DNA of 64,000 nucleotides from Bacteroidales bacterium (lineage in GTDB: Bacteria > Bacteroidota > Bacteroidia > Bacteroidales > WCHB1-69). A program made the position numbers and the translations under genes. The DNA is taken from positions 39,035 through 103,034 of the forward strand of contig JAFZZT010000036.1 in NCBI GenBank assembly GCA_017615595.1, in the 5' to 3' direction. This document shows positions 30,581-40,800 of the stretch, piece by piece (the stretch's first letter is position 1; each line of letters starts with the position of its first letter). The notes beneath the pieces are model-generated. The model had not been told where the DNA came from and searched no databases. It saw nothing but the letters and a program-made list of their open reading frames with translations.

Positions 30581-33451
30581 CTACTTGATGAGCGTGATGG
30601 TGCCATTGTACTCCTTCGGGTCTCCGTTCAGAGTCGTAAATGTGATATAGTACACATAGACATCCGCCGGCATGCGTTGGCCTGTCTTGCTGCGGCCATC
30701 CCAGTAGTCGTAGGGATTGGTGGTCTGGAAGAGCACATTGCCGTGGCGGTCGTAAATCAGCATCCTGTACTTGTCGGGATCCACGCCCTGGCCTTGCGGC
30801 GCCCAGGTCTCGTTGACACCGTCGCCATTGGGAGAGAAGGAGTTGGGGACGTAGAAGAAATAAGGCACTGTCACCTGCACGCGCGACTTGACAGAATCGA
30901 TACAGCCATTGCTGTCGATGGCCGTCAGGGTGATGGCGTAATAGCCTGGACGCGTGTAGTCGTGAGTCGGGTCGGGAATGTTCTCCACCACATTATCCAT
31001 GGAGCTGATATCTCCAAAATTCCAGATGATATGATAATTGGATGGCGACAGACTGGTGCAATAGACCGTGCCCACACCGTTCTCTACATAGATGTCGGTA
31101 GGGGTGGCCAGGAAGGCAGGCACTGGCAGGGGCACCACCGTGACGGTGAAGGTGTCGGTTGTCACACAGCCGCCCTCCATGGTGGCACTCACCACATAAT
31201 CGGTCGTGGTCGTTGGAGAGACCGTGATGGTCGGGCTGGTCTCGCTAGTACTCCATTGCATGCCCTGATTGTCAGGATGCGTAGCTGTAAGCGTGGAGGA
31301 TGTGCCTATGCAGATCGTGTCCTTTGTTGCGGTGATCTCCGGGAAGGCCAGTTCAGTGACATTGACCGTGGTGGATGAATAGTTGCGGCAGCCGTTGTTG
31401 AAGGTCACCGTCACCTGATAGGTGGATGTGACCTCGGGGGCCACGCTGCAGGTTTGTGTCGTATCTCCCGTACTCCACAAATAACGCTCCGGAGTGATGC
31501 CATAGAAACTGTTGTCAGCCGTAACATTCAAGAGGACAGCATCATTGGGACAGATATTGCCCGTAGCATTGTTGGTAGCCACCACCGGCGGGATGGAGAC
31601 ATGCACCACCACCGTATCCTTCAGGTCGAACACGTCGCCACCGGCATTGGTGTAGTGATAAACGGCGATATACTGGGTGGTTACGGTCGGGCTGACCACC
31701 TGACGGAAGTTACGTCCGACAATGCTGTCAGGATGGATAGAATTCTTATACCAGGTGATGGTACCATCGGGATCCAACGGCGTAATGGGGGTGAAACGCC
31801 ACGCCTCTGAAGGAGATGCAGGTGTTTCCAACACTTCCCAGCCAGTCATGCCACGTCCATTGGGAATCAGGATCTGGGAGGATGTCGTGTTCTGCAAGCC
31901 AATAATACCCTCGTGGTTAGTTGAATTGGTGGAGGCACAGCATCTTCTGTATTTCACATAGACATCGATGATATTGGTACCCTCATAAATCACCATTTGG
32001 TAGGTGTTATACCATTGGTTGCCTTGGGAGTACTTGCCATAAAGTCCTACCCTGTCGTAGTTGAAAACGAAGGCACGGCAGGGCGCGGTGCCTTGCACAC
32101 CGACACGGATATCGCCACCCGACAGATAATGGCCGGGATAGATATCTTCATACACACCGTAGATACAGTTAGCGTAATGATACGGCACTGCAGAATATGG
32201 CGGGGAGGCTGGCGGGGCGCTGTAAGAGTATTGGCAATAGGAGGAGCTCGGCTGAGTCATGGAAATCAAGCCATTGGCACCTGGCCATACTCGGTCATAA
32301 ATGTTGCCAAAGAAGGCAAAGTGGAAAGGCAATCCCGTACCGCTCATGTTGATCCAGTCATCATCCACGGAAGCGCCCAAGCTATTACCGATTGAATAGG
32401 GAAATATCTGGCTGGCATAGGGAATGGAGGTCACGGTATAGTCGTAGGAATATGGTCCCGTGGCCACCACGTTGGCTTTCAGAATGGAAACAGGTTGGTC
32501 GCAATCGAACTCAATATAGGAGACAGAGGTGTCGGCGGCCGTAATATCGATACTCGGACATGCGGAGCCTTCCGGCGCTTCAAAGAGTTCGGAGATACAA
32601 GTCACATCGGCAGCCCAACCGGCCTTGTTTTGGTCACCGGAAGCCGCCACATATTCAATGGAGATAGTCGATCCGCTGGAGATGATCATCGGCGGACGGT
32701 TTTGCGTGGAAGCATTCAACGTGCTGGTACAGAACTGACCGATCAACCGCTTGTTATTGTCATAATATTGTCCGTCATAAATCTTCATGAGGCCATTCAC
32801 GGAGAACTGTGTGAAGTTCATTTGGATATGGGAGCCCACCGGAGAGGTGAACTCACACCATGTAGTGCCGCTGGAGGACTGCATATTGCCATTGGGACCA
32901 CCCTCGTCATAGAACTTGGCATTACAGGTCAGATAGCTCATACCTATCGACATCAGACAGTTCTGCGGGTTGGTGATATAGGCATAGACACGGGCAATCC
33001 AGCCCTCGCTCAGCTCGGCATAGTCGTTGACATCATCGGAGTGGAAGACAAAGGTAAGGGAACGGCCAGTGGCAAGGATCTCACCCGGATCGTTCACAGA
33101 GTTGTATGTACCTATCAAGGTGGCATTCACATCCTCCCCATCGAAGATAAAGAGCGTGTCATAGACACCCATGCTGAAGAGGTCGAAGTTGATATAGAGC
33201 TGCGTGCCATTGACATTGGTCTTCAATTTCATTGTATCGCGGATGCCTGTAGCAAAATAGCCTTGCGGATGGGCATTGTCACCTTGATGAGCCGCCGTAC
33301 CGCCAGGATCATAAAAGTACTTCGGGTCCTCGCCAATCTGGGTATAGGCCGCTGATGAACCCATGATGATGTAATTCTGCGCCACCAAGCCCATGAAAGG
33401 CATCAGCAGAAGCATGAAGACGAATATCTTTTTCATATCGTGAATTTTCAA
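30581..33451 (-). CDS. large secreted protein with T9SS type-B C-terminal sorting domain (gliding-motility-associated CTD) and PKD/Ig-like repeats
   Basis: Signal peptide. The C-terminus VPNSFSPNGDGVNETW...YYITFTTLNGDPKEYNGTITLIK matches the type-B (CHU_C) CTD. Internal Ig/PKD-like repeats (...YQVTVTFNNGC..., ...YAITLTAIDSNGC...). Confidence 0.75.
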   Translation of the reverse strand: MKIHDMKKIFVFMLLLMPFMGLVAQNYIIMGSSAAYTQIGEDPKYFYDPGGTAAHQGDNAHPQGYFATGIRDTMKLKTNVNGTQLYINFDLFSMGVYDTLFIFDGEDVNATLIGTYNSVNDPGEILATGRSLTFVFHSDDVNDYAELSEGWIARVYAYITNPQNCLMSIGMSYLTCNAKFYDEGGPNGNMQSSSGTTWCEFTSPVGSHIQMNFTQFSVNGLMKIYDGQYYDNNKRLIGQFCTSTLNASTQNRPPMIISSGSTISIEYVAASGDQNKAGWAADVTCISELFEAPEGSACPSIDITAADTSVSYIEFDCDQPVSILKANVVATGPYSYDYTVTSIPYASQIFPYSIGNSLGASVDDDWINMSGTGLPFHFAFFGNIYDRVWPGANGLISMTQPSSSYCQYSYSAPPASPPYSAVPYHYANCIYGVYEDIYPGHYLSGGDIRVGVQGTAPCRAFVFNYDRVGLYGKYSQGNQWYNTYQMVIYEGTNIIDVYVKYRRCCASTNSTNHEGIIGLQNTTSSQILIPNGRGMTGWEVLETPASPSEAWRFTPITPLDPDGTITWYKNSIHPDSIVGRNFRQVVSPTVTTQYIAVYHYTNAGGDVFDLKDTVVVHVSIPPVVATNNATGNICPNDAVLLNVTADNSFYGITPERYLWSTGDTTQTCSVAPEVTSTYQVTVTFNNGCRNYSSTTVNVTELAFPEITATKDTICIGTSSTLTATHPDNQGMQWSTSETSPTITVSPTTTTDYVVSATMEGGCVTTDTFTVTVVPLPVPAFLATPTDIYVENGVGTVYCTSLSPSNYHIIWNFGDISSMDNVVENIPDPTHDYTRPGYYAITLTAIDSNGCIDSVKSRVQVTVPYFFYVPNSFSPNGDGVNETWAPQGQGVDPDKYRMLIYDRHGNVLFQTTNPYDYWDGRSKTGQRMPADVYVYYITFTTLNGDPKEYNGTITLIK

Positions 33452-33522
33452 AACTTTATTAAGACGAATAATATCCTATTTTATTGCATTATAACGTAAA
33501 AAACTGACATGATCTTGGGCCA

Positions 33523-34677
33523 TCAAGTCAACCGTCCCTCTTTTCTCTTTCCTTGCCCTTCAAAAAAGTTCAACACCACCGAAGCTGCCTTGTCCGAGGC
33601 TGATCCATCTCCAAGTTGCTGACACAATGAATGATAATCATCCTTCATACGTTGGATATTATCTGCATCTTCCGTGATTTTATAGAGTTCTTCTTTCAGA
33701 TGTCGTGTATCAAAATCGTGCTGGATCAGCTCTTTGACAATCTGCTTGTCGGCAATCAGATTCGGCAGGGAGATGAAATGGATGCCCTTGATGAGCTGTT
33801 TGGCGATGATATAGGAGACCTCGCTGCCGGCGTAGCAGACCACCTGGGGAACGCCGAAGAGGGCTGTCTCCAGCGTGGCGGTGCCGGACGTCACCACCGC
33901 GGCCTTGGCATTGGCCAACAAGGGATAGACGGAGCCCGTGACACGCGTGACGGGCATATCGCCTATCATGCGGTCGTACAACTCCTTGGGCTGCCAGCTG
34001 ACCGTAGAGACCACAAACTGATATTGCGGGAACAGCGGCACCATCTTCAGCATCTGCGGCAGCAAAGCCATGATCTCCTGCCGCCGGCTGCCGGGCAACA
34101 GGGCGATGATCTCGCGTTCGTCGAGACGGTTGTCGGTCCTGAAGTCCCTGAGCTCCTCGCTCTCCCGCACCTCATGGGTGATGGCGTCCAAGAGCGGATG
34201 CCCGACATAGTGGACCTCCATCCCGTTTTCGGCATAGAACTCCTTCTCAAAAGGCAGGATGACCATCATCTCATCCACATGCTTCTTGATGGTGCGGATG
34301 CGGCCCTTCTTCCAGGCCCAGATCTGCGGCGAGATATAGTAGAAGACCGGTATTTGATGCTCCTTGGCGAACTTGGCCACACGCAGATTAAAGCCAGGAT
34401 AGTCGACCAGGATCAGCGCATCGGGTTTGTATTGGAGAATATCCTCTTTGCAGAAGCGAAGCAACCCCAAGATGGTCTTGAGGTGCACGAAGACCTCCCA
34501 GAAGCCCATGAAGGAGATGTTCTTGTAGTGCTTCACGGGGGCACCGCCCTCGGCAGCCATCAGGTCGCCGCCCCAGAAGCGGAATTCCGCCTGGGGATCG
34601 CGACTGCGCAGTGCCTTCATCAGGTTGGAGGCGTGCAGGTCGCCGGAGGCTTCGCCAGCAATGAGGTAGTACTTCAT
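33523..34677 (-). CDS. lpxB: lipid-A-disaccharide synthase
   Basis: MKYYLIAGEASGDLHASNLM..., PGSRRQEI, SGTATLE motifs. 384 aa. Confidence 0.92.
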   Translation of the reverse strand: MKYYLIAGEASGDLHASNLMKALRSRDPQAEFRFWGGDLMAAEGGAPVKHYKNISFMGFWEVFVHLKTILGLLRFCKEDILQYKPDALILVDYPGFNLRVAKFAKEHQIPVFYYISPQIWAWKKGRIRTIKKHVDEMMVILPFEKEFYAENGMEVHYVGHPLLDAITHEVRESEELRDFRTDNRLDEREIIALLPGSRRQEIMALLPQMLKMVPLFPQYQFVVSTVSWQPKELYDRMIGDMPVTRVTGSVYPLLANAKAAVVTSGTATLETALFGVPQVVCYAGSEVSYIIAKQLIKGIHFISLPNLIADKQIVKELIQHDFDTRHLKEELYKITEDADNIQRMKDDYHSLCQQLGDGSASDKAASVVLNFFEGQGKRKEGRLT

Positions 34678-34678
34678 G

Positions 34679-35134
34679 CTACTGTTGGGAGAGTAAACGT
34701 TTCACCATATCGGAGACCACCTTGTTGTCGGCCTTGCCGGCGAAGGTCTTGGTGGCCATGCCCATCACCTTGCCCATGTCCTTCATGGAGGTGCTGCCGG
34801 TGTCGGCAATGATCTGACGCACCGTCTTCTCCACCTCCTCTTCGGACAGCATCTGCGGCAGGTAGGTCTGAATGATCTCCAGCTGGAAGCGCTCCTCGTC
34901 GTAGAGGTCTTGGCGGTTCTGCTGCTGATACATCTCGGCGGAGTCCTGACGCTGTTTCACCAGCTGTTTGAGGATCTTGATCTCGGCTTCCTCGTTGAGC
35001 TCCGCGCCCCCACCCTTCTGGGTCTTGGCCAGGAGGATGGCTGATTTCACAGCACGCAGGGCGTTCAGTTTCTGCGACTCGCGGGCCAACATGGCGGCCT
35101 TGATATCATCGTTAATGCGTTGTTCTAATGACAT
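34679..35134 (-). CDS. GatB/YqeY domain-containing protein
   Basis: MSLEQRINDDIKAAMLARE...LRAVKSAILLAK and QLEIIQTYLPQMLSEEEV are typical YqeY sequences. 151 aa. Confidence 0.85.
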   Translation of the reverse strand: MSLEQRINDDIKAAMLARESQKLNALRAVKSAILLAKTQKGGGAELNEEAEIKILKQLVKQRQDSAEMYQQQNRQDLYDEERFQLEIIQTYLPQMLSEEEVEKTVRQIIADTGSTSMKDMGKVMGMATKTFAGKADNKVVSDMVKRLLSQQ

Positions 35135-35278
35135 ATTACAATATTTTTATAACAGCCTGCAAAAATACACAAAATTTCCGAATCCTTTCATAGAGATTTT
35201 GCCTCAAAAATATTATTTTTGCCGCTTCTTTTAAACCAAGGCAGGCGCATCCCACTGCCAACCAACATCTTATTGATT

Positions 35279-35656
35279 ATGAGAAAAATAGCTATATTCA
35301 TCGGACTCCTTGCCCTGTTGTGTTTCTGCACCTCTTGCGGTTCCGGCAGCAAAAAAACGGCGGACAAATTCCTATCCTGCTTGGAAAAACAGGACTACGA
35401 ACGCGCCTCCGTCTATTGCGGATTGTCGAAGGACGCCGACTCCCAGGAGATGGCCATCAACGCCATGCTAGAGTATTTCGGCACCAACATCCGCTCCCAT
35501 GAGATCACGGGTGACAGCCTGTTGGCCGACAAAGAGCACGCCATCATCATCGTCAACCTGACACGCAACAACAACATCCGCGAGTTGGATGTGCCGGTCT
35601 TCATGGACAAGCGAGACGGCCAGTGGTATGTCAACCCATTCATCCGCGAGTACTAG
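35279..35656 (+). CDS. small lipoprotein (DUF4878-like guess)
   Basis: The ATG at 35279 gives MRKIAIFIGLLALLCFCTSCGSG (lipobox). A TATTTTTG -7 box lies at about 35213-35220. Confidence 0.55.
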   Translation: MRKIAIFIGLLALLCFCTSCGSGSKKTADKFLSCLEKQDYERASVYCGLSKDADSQEMAINAMLEYFGTNIRSHEITGDSLLADKEHAIIIVNLTRNNNIRELDVPVFMDKRDGQWYVNPFIREY

Positions 35657-35659
35657 CCT

Positions 35660-36958
35660 ATGAATCTCGACAAGGAGATCCTGCGTTTAGCGATTCCCAG
35701 CATCATCACGAACATCACGGTGCCCTTGCTGGGCATGGTGGACGTGGCCATCATCGGCCACATCGGTGACGCGCGCGGTATCGCGGCCATCGCCTTGGGC
35801 ACGATGATCTTCAACCTCATATACTGGAACTTCGGCTTCCTGCGGATGGGCACCAGCGGTCTCACCGCCCAGGCTTACGGCGCGGAGGACCGCCAGGAGT
35901 ACCTCAACGTGCTGCTGCAGGGACTCGTCATCGCCGGCGCGGTGGCCGCCACGCTCCTGCTGCTGCAGTATCCCATCGGACTCCTCTGCAAACGCTGGAT
36001 CCACAGCAGTCCCGAGACCATCGAGATGGCGCTCACCTACTTCTTCATCCGCATCTGGGCGGCGCCCGCCAACCTGGGACTGTACGTCCTCAAGGGCTGG
36101 TTCATCGGGATGCAGAACGCCAAGACGCCCATGTGGATCGCCATCGCCCTCAACATCGTCAACATCATCTGCAGCCTGGTCTTTGTCTTCGTGTTCCACT
36201 ACGGCATCGAGGGCATCGCCTGGGGCACCGTCATCGCGCAGTACAGCGGCCTCACCGCCGCCGTCATCATCTGGTTTCTCCAGTACGGCCATCTGCGCGA
36301 GCACATACGCCTGCGCGAGAGCATCCAGTGGCACAAGATGATCCGCTTCTTCAAGGTCAACGCCGACATCTTCCTCCGCTCCCTCTGCCTCATCGCCGTC
36401 TTCACCTTCATCCCGTACATCTCCGCCGACATGGGCGACGAGATCCTGGCGGCCAACACGTTGCTCTTGCAGCTCTTCACCCTGCTGTCGTACATCATGG
36501 ACGGCTTCGCCTACGCCGGCGAGTCGCTGGTGGGCCGCTTCATCGGTGCCCGTGACGAGGACACCCTGCGGCAGGTCGTGCGCAAGCTCCTCCACTGGGG
36601 CATCGGGCTATCCCTGATCTTCACCGCCATCTACGGTCTGCTGGGCCGCCAGCTGCTCAGCATCCTCACCAACAACAAGGCCGTCATCGACCTCGCCATG
36701 CAGTATATCGTCTGGACCGTGCTGGTGCCCTTCACCGGCTTCGCGGCCTTCATCTACGACGGCATCTACATCGGCGCCACCGCCTCCAAGGGCATGCGCA
36801 ACATCATGTTCATCGCCACCGCCGCCTTCTTCCTGCTCTACTACATCCTGCAGCCAATATGGCAAAACCACGGACTCTGGTGCGCCTTCATCGTCTTCCT
36901 CACCTTCCGCGGAGGACTGATGTTCCTGTGCGAGAAGAAACACGTAAGAGTGAGTTGA
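35660..36958 (+). CDS. MATE family efflux transporter (DinF-like)
   Basis: 12-TM profile. N-terminus ILRLAIPSIITNITVPLLGMVD and internal repeats are typical of MATE. 432 aa. Confidence 0.85.
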   Translation: MNLDKEILRLAIPSIITNITVPLLGMVDVAIIGHIGDARGIAAIALGTMIFNLIYWNFGFLRMGTSGLTAQAYGAEDRQEYLNVLLQGLVIAGAVAATLLLLQYPIGLLCKRWIHSSPETIEMALTYFFIRIWAAPANLGLYVLKGWFIGMQNAKTPMWIAIALNIVNIICSLVFVFVFHYGIEGIAWGTVIAQYSGLTAAVIIWFLQYGHLREHIRLRESIQWHKMIRFFKVNADIFLRSLCLIAVFTFIPYISADMGDEILAANTLLLQLFTLLSYIMDGFAYAGESLVGRFIGARDEDTLRQVVRKLLHWGIGLSLIFTAIYGLLGRQLLSILTNNKAVIDLAMQYIVWTVLVPFTGFAAFIYDGIYIGATASKGMRNIMFIATAAFFLLYYILQPIWQNHGLWCAFIVFLTFRGGLMFLCEKKHVRVS

Positions 36959-36960
36959 GA

Positions 36961-37044
36961 GTTAGAAGTTAGTAGTTAGGAGTTAGGAGTTAGAAGTTAG
37001 AAGTTAGAAGTTGGAAGATGGAAGTTAGAAGTTTTGAGTTGGGG
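36961..37044. repeat. 12-unit 7-bp tandem tract (GTTAGAA / GTTAGGA)
   Basis: Read directly: gttagaa gttagta gttagga gttagga gttagaa x3 gttggaa gatggaa gttagaa gttttga gttgggg. Starts 3 nt after the MATE stop. Confidence 0.95.
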
Positions 37045-37060
37045 CGTAGGGTGCTTTTTT

Positions 37061-37112
37061 TCATCATCGCCCATCATTTCATACCAAATTATTTTTTATT
37101 TTTGCGGCTTAA
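37061..37112 (+). repeat. 52-bp perfect direct repeat, copy 1 (contains -7 box TATTTTTG at 37097-37104)
   Basis: tcatcatcgcccatcatttcataccaaattattttttatttttgcggcttaa is identical to 37716-37767. Confidence 0.95.
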
Positions 37113-37124
37113 AAACACATTCTA

Positions 37125-37400
37125 ATGAAAACAAAAAAGTACAACACTGAAGAAGAGCCCCTGCCAAAGGCAAAAGAGCCAACCCCCACATACGCTCCTT
37201 CCTCCTCCCATGGAGACGGAGTCCCCGTTATCAACACAACAACCGAGACCATAGAGGAAAAACCAGCAGAATTTGACGCCTGTTATGCCCGATTGAAAGC
37301 GGAAGCCGATGATAAATTCGGCAAAAAGGAACGCATGTCGGTGGACGAATATTTCGGGAAACTTTGGCACATAGTGAATGGGCTTTATGAAAAGATATAA
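37125..37400 (+). CDS. hypothetical small protein, putative antitoxin partner of the downstream ParE/RelE-like gene
   Basis: 91 aa with a low-complexity Pro/Thr/Glu N-half. It overlaps the next gene by 14 nt. The role is inferred from position only. Confidence 0.35.
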   Translation: MKTKKYNTEEEPLPKAKEPTPTYAPSSSHGDGVPVINTTTETIEEKPAEFDACYARLKAEADDKFGKKERMSVDEYFGKLWHIVNGLYEKI

Positions 37401-37695
37401 GGTCATCATCCTTGACACTGCAGAGGAAGATTTGATGAATTTATCCCTTTTTCTTTTCAATGTCATGTCTATTGAGGGAGCATGGAAATACCATCAATGC
37501 ATGCTGCACGAAATTCAGTCCCTGTCCATTCTAGCCGACATATTTCCACTAAGTCCACATCTTGACATTCAACGCTATCATCCTCTCGCTCGCCACATGG
37601 TGTCTCACAACAAGCGGTGGGTATATATCTTTCACATCGACAACGACACTGTCTTAGTGGATAGAATCATCCCTGCAAAACTAATAACGAAATAG
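37387..37695 (+). CDS. RelE/ParE-family toxin-like protein
   Basis: About 102 aa. The pattern YKVIILDTAEEDL...IQSL...P...RWVYIFHIDNDTVLVDRIIPAK follows the ParE/RelE layout. An alternative ATG lies at 37378. Confidence 0.5.
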   Translation: MKRYKVIILDTAEEDLMNLSLFLFNVMSIEGAWKYHQCMLHEIQSLSILADIFPLSPHLDIQRYHPLARHMVSHNKRWVYIFHIDNDTVLVDRIIPAKLITK

Positions 37696-37715
37696 CTCTC
37701 AAAAGACGGAAAAAA

Positions 37716-37767
37716 TCATCATCGCCCATCATTTCATACCAAATTATTTTTTATTTTTGCGGCTTAA
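37716..37767 (+). repeat. 52-bp perfect direct repeat, copy 2 (contains -7 box at 37752-37759, promoter of the 1074-aa oxidoreductase)
   Basis: Identical to 37061-37112, offset 655 bp. Confidence 0.95.
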
Positions 37768-37841
37768 TTTTGTAAAAGAAGAGGCTGCAGAAGCATCCCC
37801 GTCATAGACAAACCTTATTAGATCTTAAAAAAACAACTACT

Positions 37842-40800
37842 ATGTATCGCATTGAAAAGCACCCTATTTTAGACATTCCGCAAGAGGATGCGGTAGAATT
37901 TCTGTATAACGGACAGAAGATTCGCGGACAGCGCGGCAAGACCATCGCCGCCGCCCTGCATCAGGCCGGATTCCCCATCCACAGCCACAGCTTGGACGGC
38001 CGCAACCGCAGCCTGGAGTGCGGCATCGGCAAGTGCGGCGCCTGCGAGATGCTGGTGGACGGCAAGATCCGCCGTATCTGCATCACCTTGGTGGACAATG
38101 TCAAGGAGGTGCGTGAGATCCCCAAAGACAACCAGCCCCAAGTGGATGTCAATCCGCAACAGGAGGTGAAGATATACAAGACCACGGTGGCCATCATCGG
38201 TGCCGGTCCCGCCGGCCTGGCCTGCCGCGAACAACTCAACGCCATGGGCATCCCCAACCTGGTCATCGACAACAACGCCAACATCGGCGGACAGTTCAAC
38301 ATGCAGACCCACCAGTTCTTCTTCTTCGAGAAAGTGCAGAAGTTCGGCGGCATGCGTGGCTTCGACATCGCCAAGACGCTGGCGGGCGACAACCACGACG
38401 GCATCCTGCTCAACAATACGGTGTGGGACATCCTCGAGGGCAAGCGCATCGCCATCAAGAACATCGTCAACCAGGAGGTCAACTACGTGGATGCCGAGCA
38501 TCTGGTAGTGGCCACGGGTGCCGTGCCTTTCATGCCGGTCTTTGAAAACGACGACGTGCCCGGCGTCTATACCGCGGCCGTCTTCCAGAAGATGATGAAC
38601 CAAGAGCACACCCTGCTGGGCAAGAAGGTGCTCACCATCGGCGCCGGCAACATCGGCTACCTGACCTCCTATCAGGGCATGCAGGCGGGCGCCACCATCA
38701 AGGCCATCATCGAGGGTATGGACCACGAGGGCGGTTTCCCCGTGCAGGCTAACCGCGTGCGCCGTCTGGGTATCCCCATCATGACCTCCCACATCCTGCT
38801 GAAGGCCATCCCCAACGAGGACTACACCGGCATCACCGGCGCCGTTATCGCCGAATGCCAGAACTTCAAGCCCATCCCGGGCACCGAGAAGGTCATCGAT
38901 GACATCGACATCATCAACATCTGCACGGGTCTGACCCCTGACGACCAGCTGCTCACCAAGGGCAAGCAGGTCTTCGGCCTCAACACCTACGGCTGCGGCG
39001 ACGCCGTCCGTATCGGCGAGGGCACCAGCGCCGTGCTCCGTGGCAAACAGGCCGCCTACGAGGTGGCCCAGAACCTCGGCATCCGCTTCAACTACGACGA
39101 ATACCTGGAGATCTCCAGACAATATATCGACTCCCAGCAGCACCCCGTCAGAGTGCTCGAGAGACCCAACCTGCCCGACAAAGAGCGTATGTTCGCCAAG
39201 CCGTTCGTGCAGCTCGACTGTCTCTACGGCTTCGCCTGCAACCCCTGCTCCTTCTCCTGTCCGCAGGGCGCCATCACCAAGCAGAGCACCAACACCACCC
39301 CGACTGTCGATTACAGCAAATGTATCGGCTGTATGCAGTGTGTCAACCACTGTCCGGGCCTGGCCATCTTCGGCTACGACCTCAACAAGAACGTGCTCTT
39401 CCTGCCCGTGGAATACGAGGTCACGGAGGGCGCCGACGTCTTCCTCATCGACAACAACGGCAAGCCCGTGGGTGAGGGCGTCATCGAGAAGGTGCTGAAG
39501 AAGAGCAACAAGACCGACGTGGTGCGCGTCAAGGCCACCGACATCAGCGGCGAGCAGCTCATCGCGGCCCGCGGCTTCATCCTGAAAGAGCGCTATCCGA
39601 AGCCTTTGGAGATGAAGCCTCTGCAGGAGGTGACCGGCAAGACCTACGTCTGCCACTGCGAGGATGTCGATCTGGACACCATCCTCAAGGCCATCGGCGA
39701 CCGCAAGTACATCTCGGTCGATGAGCTCAAGCACATCACGCGCATGGGCATGGGCCCATGCCGTGGCAAGCGTTGTGTGTCGCGCGCCAGACAGATCCTG
39801 CGCGCCCACGGCATCGAGCTGGTGGGCGACTCCTCCCCGCGCGCCCCGCTGGCCAACCAGGTATGTCTGGGCGATGTCTATAACCCCAACGCCAAGGAGG
39901 TCTTCATGTTCCAGACAGGCAACGAGGTACGGAGAGAGGAGACGGAGGTGCTCATCGCCGGCGGCGGCATCGCGGGCAGCGGCGCCTTCCGCTACTTCGC
40001 GGAGGCCGGCATGAAGCCCGTGCTCATCAACTACGACCACGGCTCCTCGTGGCGCTGCATCGGCGGCGGCAGACCCGCCTTCTCCAACCCCGACATCTCC
40101 GATATCGCCAACCACAACTTGGAGATCTTCAAGGAGATACAGAAGGTGCACAACATCGACCTCAAGATGACGAGATATGTCAACCTGGTCCACGACGAGG
40201 CCACCTACAAAGCCTTGGACGCCTCCCGTGCCTGGTCTGACGCCTACATGATCGATAAGAAAGACTTCCGCAACGAGATCTCCCCGCTGTGGAACATGGA
40301 CAGCAACGTCTATAGCCACGCCCTCATCTCCAACGACTGCTGGCAGGCCACGCCGGGTCGCACCATCGACTACATCCGCGGTCTCGCCGTCGAGAAGGGC
40401 GGCACGCTGATGGAAGACTGCGAGCTGCTCGAAGTACACAAGGCCGGTGACAAGTTCGTGGCCCTCGTGCGCACCCACGACAAGAAGTTCGTGGAGTTCA
40501 CCTGCAACCACTTCGTCAACGCGCTGGGCTGGGGCGCCGAGAAGTTCACCGACATGCTCGGCATCGACACGCAGCTCTACCCTGTCAAGCACCAGGCCTT
40601 CATCACCAGAAGACTGCCCAACTTGGGTGTCAAGGGCGACTCGCTGGACATGATCATCGACCGCCGTCACTACAAAGGCTTCAGCGCCGTGTATGGCCAG
40701 CAGTTCCTGCACACGGGCCAGATCATCGGCTGCGCTTCGCCCGACTGCGACGCCTTCGAGGCACGCCAGAACCTCAAGTACAACAGCAAAGAGTTCCTGC

